A stretch of DNA of 63,182 nt, counting the filler, from Craspedostauros australis (lineage: Eukaryota): the NCBI GenBank assembly GCA_030167865.1. It is 6 parts of 6 records of this genome, joined end to end, with 100 filler letters (N's around TTAATTAATTAA, not from the genome) between each part and the next. Parts side by side here need not be neighbours in the genome. Positions count along the whole stretch, not along the records: positions 55,346 to 58,891 come from JALAGF010000020.1; positions 58,992 to 60,359 come from JALAGF010000022.1; positions 60,460 to 61,575 come from JALAGF010000023.1; positions 61,676 to 63,182 come from JALAGF010000026.1; 2 more parts are not named here. One strand, written 5' to 3'. A model generated the notes under the pieces. The model saw only the letters and a list, made by a program, of their open reading frames with translations, made no database searches and was not told the DNA's origin. The translations under genes were made by a program, and so were the position numbers. Positions within the stretch are counted from its first letter, which is position 1. Every line of letters starts with the position of its first letter. Below, in pieces: positions 55,346-63,182 of the stretch.

Positions 55346-56246
55346 AAACTCGATTGCGTTTTAGGAGCCAAAAACACAATTGAGTTTCACATTGCAGTCC
55401 CGGCAAGCCAACCTTCCACGTGTTGGCACGAAACCAATGGCCAATCATTTCTCTTCATTTGCAGCAATGTTGAGTCGTCCTTGTCGTGCTGATGATAGTT
55501 TTCATGAGATGCTAGTGATGATGAAACTAGCATTCCGAATGAGGGGTGCATGGAGCGATAGAGAGCGATTACGATGTCGAATATGCCTGTAAGCTTCACA
55601 TATGATATCTTCGCGCAAGTGTAAAAGGACCCCTTCATGATCCAGCTGAGGAATCTTTGCTCATTTCCTATTTCACCCGATACAATATTCGCGGCGTGTT
55701 CCTGATGCTCTGAGGACTAGTGTAGTCAGATACGACCAGGAACTTCGACCAACGCGCATTTTGCATCCTTTGGAGATCCTGACTGCCACTTCGGAAGTCG
55801 TTGGTGGTCTCCAACCAACCCAACATGCAATCGCAATAGTTCTGTGTAGACTGCGTGAAGAGCTCCTATTGGACAACAAGCTGCTGATCTATCTCCATGA
55901 TACGGTGATCAAGAGGTCTATGCCATTGATATTGGCAACAGATCCTTGAACAAGCTATGAATCAGCAGGGACAAAGTGCTTGCGCATATGTTACCGGACC
56001 TCTGTTAGTGGCAAAGTTGAGACAGAAGAGATGGCAGCGAAACTCTCACAACACGAAGCTCCTAAGAGGAGAAAGAGGGATGTGCGTTGCGTGCAACTCA
56101 GAGCACACCCATTAATGATCCTATCAACCTTTGGTCTCAACAAGTGATGCGATAACATGCAACGAAGCATCCAGATCATAACAGTCTAAACTCGAACTCT
56201 ATTCTACAGAAGAGAAGCCGATTCAGTCATATTGGTCGTCTGTCTG

Positions 56247-57055
56247 TGTTGATCACGAACGAGTCACGAGTACCGATGTGAAATCCGAACGTGAGTGCCA
56301 CATGTGACATGAACACAGGGGAGTGAATGTGAAATGCGATAGGCCTCTAATCCGGAATATTGTCCGTCCATCCATCAATGGAAACGTATGGTATCGAGCG
56401 AAGCTCGAGGTACCTCCCAACTAAACCTCAGATGACGATATCATCTGACAGACCACTGCATCACCAATGGAACGTGACATCTGGAGAGCAGAAGGACGAC
56501 AACTGATGTCAACAGGATGTCAAGATGTCACCACGTCAACATCTGCCGTCATGTCAGAAGCAGAAGGTAAAGATTCGATGACCAAAGGGCATCAAGATCA
56601 TGGATACGGGAGATGAAGTTCAAATGGTAAGTACTCATGGATTAGGAACCAGTACTGAACAAATGGAGTGTTGAATGCAGAGTACGAATCAAACACGGAG
56701 TATCGCGTAGCACGAAGCACACGATGCTGAGACAAAGAGAGAGAATACAGAGAGGAGCGAGAGAGCATCTCGCATACCGACTCATAGTCGGAGACCAATC
56801 TACGAAACAGATAAACGCGCCAAGAGCATCGGGCAAGAGAACAGACACCGAGAGGATCGGAGTCCCAACAGAATGAAATAGCAAACAGACCGACTATCAA
56901 CCAACACCGTCTTCCACGATCGTAGGCTTCCAATCACGGAACTTGCCAACAACCGAGAGGATTGGAGTGCCAACGAAATGAAATAGTAATAACTGACTAT
57001 CAACCACCACCATCTTCCACGATCGTGAGGCATCTGTGAGCGGAACTTGCCAACA
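56247..57055. mobile_element. Probable LTR-like element (TGTTG...CAACA) with terminal tandem duplication
   Basis: Starts TGTTGA, ends GCCAACA, non-coding, and contains short GATGTCA sub-repeats. No TSD found, so the left boundary is uncertain. Confidence 0.5.
56847..57055 (+). repeat. Two diverged ~104-bp tandem units
   Basis: 56847-56951 and 56952-57055 both run ACCGAGAGGAT.GGAGT.CCAAC...GACTATCAACC...TCTTCCACGATCGT...CGGAACTTGCCAACA. Confidence 0.9.
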
Positions 57056-58101
57056 GAAATCTGGGGTAACCCAGTCTCTAGTAGTAGTCCCTTACCCATT
57101 GCTGTTGTTGCATTGTTGGAACTGTGAGTACAGCATCGTCATCTCTTTCAATTCCATTTGCCATAGCATACAAAATCCACAGTAGCACACAGCCTTGCCC
57201 TTGCTTGTGTAGTGCTGTCTCTTGCTTCATCATGCCATGCAGCATGTACTCCATGTACATCTCATCTTGCAGTATTGATGCATCTCATCATTCCTCTCAG
57301 ATATTCCATCACCTGCTCTCTCATAGCACTGTATTGTGCATTTCAGTAGCTTTGTTTATCTCTACATTCGCACAGCACATTTTGCAGTCATGCAAGTACC
57401 TCCTCACAGGTGTCATATCAATCTCGCATCATTGTTGATTCCTCAGTTGTTCTTGTGATTGATCATTCATGTCACCTGTGGTTTCGCCATCATTCGTCAA
57501 GACTTCCTTTGTGTTTTTGGGTGACAAGATGCGTGTTTCTCTTTCTGATTGTTTCTCTCTTGGATGTCTCCAAGGTGTCCATGTTTATCAAGGGTGACAG
57601 GTGTGCGCCCTATATATTTCATGTGATTCTCCTGTAGAGGGCTCTGTTTTGTCTTTAGTCCTTGTCTTGTTTGTGTCCTACCCCCAATGGTTGGATTTAT
57701 TGATCACGCTTCCATTTCTGTGCTTATCCAGAACAGGCTGCTGTGCTCAACATGGCAGGTAATGTGTGGGGTGGACAGGCAGTGACACTTGGCACATTGG
57801 TGTTGGTGCAGGACTGGACATGCAATAAGGTAGTCCAAGTGTGATCAACTTTTGTTGATTATGTTCAGTCATGAAGATATTATTGGGAGGTGCAGAAATT
57901 ATGGGTACTAGCTGCGGAGAATGTAAAATACCCCAAACGATAACGCTAGTTGTAGAGTTTTTGGCCCCTTCTGGCCCCTTGTTGCCACTGGTTTGCTTGC
58001 TTTTGGGAGCAACGGCGATTGTACATTTAGAGCTATTTCGTGTTGTTCCTCCATGATCCGTCTTCTACGTCACAGGACGGATTCGACGTCATGCGAAACC
58101 A

Positions 58102-58795
58102 TGTTAGGAATTGAGGGTACGACTTTGTCGGAATACCCGTAATTGCCGCACCTCCCAACATTGTTCGTCACAGCTTTGAATATTATTCGTCACATGTTCG
58201 GAGACTATTTGTCACACCTTTGTATACCATGTCATTATGACTATGACTAAGGATACGGACGTGATTGACACCTGTACTACCGCGAGGAGGATAGCCTGTC
58301 CTCCAGTAACGCAAGGACGACACCTATGGCGGATCAGGAGGTCCCGATACCGCACCAACCATGGCAACCATGCAGATGACGACGTCCATGGGCAAGTGAC
58401 GCACCTTCTTCAGAGGATAGCACGCGCCCCTCCTGCGGACAAGAACATCCGCAGGTTTGGAACATCGCCAAGGGTGACATCGATCATGAGACAATGGTGT
58501 CATGAGATCAACGACGGAAACATGAGATAGGCAAGTGCTCAAGACTGCAGATCCCTACCATGCAAGCGTAGACAGCTACGACGATGCAGAGACAAGGAAG
58601 CAAGAACAGAGCATGATGAANNNNNNNNGAAGCACCTAAGAGACAACAGGACGCCCCGTGTCGCCACCGCGACAGATGCCTGCCATGAAGATGAAATCGA
58701 AAGAGAAAGTGAGATTGTGCTCACAGTTCTAAAACGGTACAGTTTCTAACAGCGGATTAGACTACAGTACTAACAATAACCCCGGATTTCCAACA
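58102..58795. mobile_element. Solo LTR with 6-bp target-site duplication
   Basis: TGTTAGGAA...TTTCCAACA flanked by AAACCA at 58096-58101 and 58796-58801. The right end is homologous to the element end at 61160. Confidence 0.75.
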
Positions 58796-58891
58796 AAACC
58801 ACTCACGACACAAGATGTGAGTGCGTCTCGCAGCACGTGGCCCTTGCTTCGCGACACAACGTGATGGCTGCGCAGCACACACCAATCGCGC

Positions 58892-58991
58892 NNNNNNNNN
58901 NNNNNNNNNNNNNNNNNNNNNNNNNNNNNNNNNNNTTAATTAATTAANNNNNNNNNNNNNNNNNNNNNNNNNNNNNNNNNNNNNNNNNNNN
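58892..58991. other. Assembly gap with linker
   Basis: N run with TTAATTAATTAA. Confidence 0.97.
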
Positions 58992-59018
58992 TATCGACAC
59001 GAGTATAGTTATACCGTT

Positions 59019-59100
59019 CAAGTGTGTATGAGAGAATAGCGGGTGAACGATGCACATATACACGTACATCTTGACGTATACTCACATGTACATCTCGACA
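59019..59100 (+). repeat. Left arm of 82-bp inverted repeat (element terminus ending ...CTCGACA)
   Basis: Reverse complement of 60278-60359 with one mismatch. Confidence 0.93.
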
Positions 59101-60277
59101 GTGCCAATGGTGGCCTGGCTGGCGATGACGTCCTCGTTCTCTGCAAGACGGGACACACTGCCGACGTCAGTAGCATTGGTGATTCTACCATCGCCAACCT
59201 CGACATCGGTACGGTTGCCAGTCTCATCCAGACCACCGAAGGGCCCATCGTTGGTAAATTCCACCAATATGCGCTCTACGGAAAGGGCAAGACCATCCAT
59301 TTATCCAACCAGCTTGGTGCCTTCGGGATGGATGTCAACGAACGCCCACGGAATCTCCCTGGAGGTCGCCAGACCATCATCACACCAGGAGGCCACATCA
59401 TCCCACTGGCTGTCCGGCAGGGCCTGTCCTACATGGACATGGCCAAGCCTACCCGCTCCGAACTCGACAAGTATCCACATGTCGACTTCACCGCGGACGA
59501 CGAATGGGACCCTTCTTCCCTCGACCAGGAGATGAACCTCGACGACATCGACGATGATGACGCCGCAGCACTCCAGCGCCGCGAGAACAATTCTACCGTT
59601 CTCACGGCCTACACTGGTGCTCGCCAAGCCGACATCGCTGACAACCCGGGCAGTATCATTGCCACTCGCAAGCCTGCCGACTACGAGGCTCTCCGACCCC
59701 ACTTTGGCTGGATTCCAGTTCGTCGCGTGCGCGACACTCTTCTGTGTACCTCTCAATGGTACCGTACCGCCGAGCGCTTCTCCATGCGCAAGCATTTCAA
59801 GTCTCGGTTCCCAGCGGCCAACGTCGACCGTCTCCATGAGACGGTTGCGATGGATACGCTCATCTCGGATACCCCTGCTCACGACGACGGGGTTCCTGGC
59901 CATGGCGGCTGCACCATGCGTCAGGTGTACGTCGCCCTCGACTCTTGGTTCACGGCCGGCTTTCCCATGCCATCCGAGAGCCGCATCTCCGACACTCTCC
60001 GTGACTTCATCCGACGCCACGGGGCTCCTGACCTACTGATGTCCGACAACACCAAGGCGCAGATCGGTAACAAGGTTATGGAGATCCCCCGGCAGTATCA
60101 CATCCGTGATCACCAGAGTGAGCCGGAACATCAACACCAGAACGGCGCGGAACGCCGGATCCAGGATATCAANNNNNNNNNNNNNNNNNNNNNGGATCCA
60201 GGATATCAAACGCACAACCAACGGTGTGATGGATCGCACGGGTACTCCCGACCGCTTCTGGCTGATCTGCACGCTCT
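59101..60277 (+). mobile_element. Ty1/copia (CoDi-like) pol fragment: truncated protease plus integrase core
   Basis: (DxG)ANGGLAGDD protease remnant, then RPHFGWIP and RKHFKSRFPAANVDRLHETVAMDT. Integrase D-D-E residues in AMDT / LMSDN / HQHQNGAERRIQDIK. No stops; a 21-N mini-gap lies at 60173-60193. Confidence 0.9.
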
Positions 60278-60359
60278 TGTCGAGATGTACATGTGAGTAT
60301 ATGTCAAGATGTACGTGTATATGTGCATCGTTCACCCGCTATTCTCTCATACACACTTG
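60278..60359 (-). repeat. Right arm of 82-bp inverted repeat (begins TGTCGAG)
   Basis: Matches 59019-59100 inverted; runs into the gap at 60360. Confidence 0.93.
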
Positions 60360-60459
60360 NNNNNNNNNNNNNNNNNNNNNNNNNNNNNNNNNNNNNNNNN
60401 NNNTTAATTAATTAANNNNNNNNNNNNNNNNNNNNNNNNNNNNNNNNNNNNNNNNNNNN
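60360..60459. other. Assembly gap with linker
   Basis: N run with TTAATTAATTAA. Confidence 0.97.
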
Positions 60460-60853
60460 CGGATCGCTTGCCAGTCAAGCCTCTGCCTACAGCTAAAGAA
60501 CAGCCAACAAGACAACAGCCATTACGTTTGGGCTCTATTACTTGGTGCAAATGCCACCACGACCTCACTGATGAGTGCGATCAAGAGATTGTTGCTACAG
60601 AGAAGCGAAGTTGCTCTCTCTGCCTCGCCCAACATTGATCTTGTTGGCATGCCTGAAATCGTTTGGAACATCTTATTTCCTCACCCTCACAATCCATCAA
60701 CAACATCATCCAGTGACCACCACCACTCACGATCTTGAGAGAGACAGAGAGAGCCCAAGTTTCGCGCATGTACCATTCACATCTTCGTCGCTGGTGCAAC
60801 CGACGCACAGCCCAACTGCACAGCCGCAGCCGCAGCCAAATTCATACCCAACA

Positions 60854-61159
60854 ATGGATGAAGAGACAACACGTGATGCGTCTGAAGCAGAACTGCCGCC
60901 AGAAATCCCCATTGCTCCCACTGCTCCCACAGCTCCCATTGCCTCAACCGCGTCGGAAGCAGAACTGCAAGCTCAAAGGATAGCTGAAACGCAAAGGGAA
61001 TTGCATAGGATTTCACGCCTGTTCCAAACTCAAACACCAGGACATCAACACAACCCTGATGATAGCTCAGAGAATGAAATCGATCTTCCAGATGCAGTTC
61101 CAGAGGTCGTCCCTGAAAATGGTGATAATCCTGCAGGATGGAGCTGGAAAGGTGTTGTT
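60854..61159 (+). pseudogene. 5' part of an ORF (possibly gag-like N-terminus) interrupted by an LTR insertion
   Basis: MDEETTRDASEAELPPEIPIAPTAPT... reads as protein until the TGTTGGAAATCC LTR terminus at 61160, then stops shortly after. Confidence 0.4.
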
Positions 61160-61575
61160 TGTTGGAAATCCGGGGTGGTGTGATAGTAGAATGCTAATCG
61201 TTTGTTAGAATCTACTTCTCTGAACTGTGAGCTCTTCATTGCTCTCGATTGCAAAGTCCAATCTCCTCCTGAGATTGCCATGGGTCCCTCTATTGGTCTA
61301 ACAGGCATCCATCTTGCATTCATCGCAAATTCATCATGGACATGCATGCACCACCGAGTACCCCATGTTCGTGCACATTAGCACGTTGTCCTCCTCTGAT
61401 AGTTTCGATGCCTTAGACATCACCGAGTCGTAGGCATGACACAGATCGGTTCATTCGATCAGTTCACGGTCTCCCATTCGTCACGGGAACACCTTGGTTG
61501 GGAGCTCGTTCAGCTCCTTGATCATCAGACATCTCCGATCATCTCCGATCAACTCTGGTCGACTCCGATCGTTTC
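61160..61575. mobile_element. Partial LTR related to the 58102-58795 element, opposite orientation
   Basis: TGTTGGAAATCCGGGGT...CTAATC...TGTTAGAA...GAACTGTGAGC aligns with the reverse complement of ~58719-58795; truncated by the gap. Confidence 0.7.
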
Positions 61576-61675
61576 NNNNNNNNNNNNNNNNNNNNNNNNN
61601 NNNNNNNNNNNNNNNNNNNTTAATTAATTAANNNNNNNNNNNNNNNNNNNNNNNNNNNNNNNNNNNNNNNNNNNN
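61576..61675. other. Assembly gap with linker
   Basis: N run with TTAATTAATTAA. Confidence 0.97.
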
Positions 61676-62659
61676 GGAACCAACCAGATCATTATCTTCA
61701 ACGTCGACGACTTCCGCGACGAGATCGACGAAGAAGTCGACCTCCCACCCAACATCACCCTCGATGACGTCCAGCTGGTCCAGACACAAGATTGTGAGGC
61801 AGAGACGAATGACTTCGCGCCGGAAGACTTGCAGGCCATGCTGCTGATGGTGCCAGACGTGTCCGCCTCCGACCTGGAGAGCTTCTCCGCCATCTTCGAG
61901 ATGGTGTACAACGAGCTGGCAGCTCAGTACTGCGATATGCTCTTCCGACGCGTCGTCGTGGGAAGCGCGATCGCCACCATCAACATCCCCGGTGGACAAA
62001 CACCGAATTCGGACGGATGCGTTCTCGGTGACATCACCATGGAGACCGACGGAAGATGCCGTGGATGCGGTGATGGCACGCCGTTGGTGGACGAAGATCC
62101 TTCTGCAACGTCCCCCACCACCGGAGGTGACGGAAGACGATCCCTGCAGCAGCTCCAGGCCGAGCTGGATCTGGATCGCGAGTTCAACGTGGACCTTGCT
62201 GGCCGTCCCCGCCGTCGTCGCATGCAAACCGAAGACACGTGCTTCTGTGCCGTGGACGCGATTCCTGACAGAGGCCCCTTTCTGCTGGAGCTCTACGCTG
62301 CTCTCAACAGCAAGCTCACAGAGCTGGGCGTGGAGAGCATCTGTGGACTGGCGGACGAGATTCTCGACATCCTGCCACCGACGGAAGTGCCAACTTCCAG
62401 GCCGACCAGCAACCCCACCGTGTTGGCATCGTCGGCGGTCCCGACCGTCCAGCCAACCAACGCTCCAACTGCCGCTCCAACACCGGCACCCACGGATGGA
62501 CCAACTACCCAGCCAACAAGGACTCCGACCAACATTCCAACGAGCGCGCCCGCCCCAGCGACGCCCAATCCAACCAGCCTGTCAACAGGCAACCTTACAT
62601 CCAGCATGCCGTCCAGCATGTCAACAGGCAACACAACAAGCAACAGCCCAACTTCATAA
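61676..62659 (+). CDS. Probable extracellular protein (5' partial): Cys-containing domain plus PT/PS mucin-like tail
   Basis: Open from the gap edge with strongly coding codon usage. CRGC...RRSLQ...RRRRMQ..CFC...RGP domain, then PTxxPTxxPT and SMPSS repeats. Confidence 0.8.
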   Translation, partial: GTNQIIIFNVDDFRDEIDEEVDLPPNITLDDVQLVQTQDCEAETNDFAPEDLQAMLLMVPDVSASDLESFSAIFEMVYNELAAQYCDMLFRRVVVGSAIATINIPGGQTPNSDGCVLGDITMETDGRCRGCGDGTPLVDEDPSATSPTTGGDGRRSLQQLQAELDLDREFNVDLAGRPRRRRMQTEDTCFCAVDAIPDRGPFLLELYAALNSKLTELGVESICGLADEILDILPPTEVPTSRPTSNPTVLASSAVPTVQPTNAPTAAPTPAPTDGPTTQPTRTPTNIPTSAPAPATPNPTSLSTGNLTSSMPSSMSTGNTTSNSPTS

Positions 62660-62721
62660 ATATTATTCGGAATAGTAATATAATCGCACTGATGATAAAA
62701 TGCGATGTCTGCTCCTCTGAA

Positions 62722-62943
62722 TGTTGTGGATCGGGGAAGACGCGGTTTCCGTTGTCTGCTTGCAACTTGCCGCCTACATCTCTCAAATTCTGTTGCTGCC
62801 TTCTGGACATCCTGTCAGTATCTGTACGGGAGGATGTGTGTGTGTGTGTGTGCTAATGATGGATTTATGGGAGGAGACTGTCTCCGTTGTCACTCTTCAG
62901 AGGCGGAGGCTGCGGACGTCTGTCCTGCGTACGTATGCCAACA
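62722..62943 (-). mobile_element. 3' LTR of a copia element (~222 bp)
   Basis: On the minus strand it begins TGTTGGCA directly after a G-tract PPT (62944-62949) and plausibly ends TCCACAACA at 62722. It contains a (CA)n run. The distal boundary is inferred. Confidence 0.7.
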
Positions 62944-63182
62944 CCCCCCACGCTGGAAGATCTCCAGCGGGAAAAATTGCTCTGACAGAGCGACGCCCAT
63001 CATGGTCTTGAGCGTAAGACGGGCGGAAGCGACCCATGATCAAGTCAGTATGGCGGAAGAAGAGAACCGAAGGCGTTTGCTTGGTACACGCATCTGCAGC
63101 GTTGAGATCGGATGCGACGTCCTCGATAAGAATAAGATCCCGATCCACCCAGTCACTGACTGCGAAGGTTCGGATATCAATA
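62897..63182 (-). mobile_element. Ty1/copia pol C-terminus (RNase H), 5' partial
   Basis: IDIRTFAVSDWVDRDLILIEDVASDLNAADACTKQTPSVLFFRHTDLIMG matches the copia HIDIR...N.AD..TK motif. Confidence 0.9.

Noticed and set aside
56847..57055. Possible CRISPR-like repeat
   Set aside because: Only two long adjacent diverged units, no unique spacers, no cas genes, eukaryotic context.
60157..60209. 16-bp direct repeat GGATCCAGGATATCAA on both sides of a 21-N gap, with an apparent frameshift
   Set aside because: Looks like an unmerged contig overlap; collapsing it restores AERRIQDIKRTTNG in frame. It is neither a TSD nor a programmed frameshift.
59043..60296. 417-aa ORF as an intact standalone gene
   Set aside because: Its first 19 codons come from the inverted-repeat arm with a GTG start, and it crosses an N gap; it is a truncated pol fragment.

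Overview
Gene-dense eukaryotic nuclear scaffold, almost certainly from a diatom. The evidence is bipartite plastid leaders cleaved before F/W, a few GT-AG introns, a diatom-type cyclase-PDE tail, and Ty1/copia relics resembling diatom CoDi elements. Bases 1-55,245 hold about 21 protein genes: a Derlin 3' exon, chlorophyll synthase (chlG, 2 exons), a GT-like unknown, an F-box-like protein, an HSF with two DNA-binding domains, an AMMECR1 protein, plastid-targeted UVR/SnoaL, thioredoxin, metallophosphoesterase, DEAD-box helicase and atypical SDR proteins, a PDE tail, mitochondrial aspartate aminotransferase, an 11.7-kb single-exon IQ-array protein, Vps51, a bestrophin and several unknowns. Bases 55,346-63,182 are a gap-ridden nest of LTR retrotransposon pieces around a secreted mucin-like gene. 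They include a solo LTR with a 6-bp TSD, a stop-free protease-integrase fragment bracketed by an 82-bp inverted repeat, and a copia RNase H/PPT/3' LTR end. Five 100-bp N gaps contain an artificial TTAATTAATTAA linker. No rRNA, tRNA or CRISPR was seen. Product calls come from motif recognition by eye; no database search was run.
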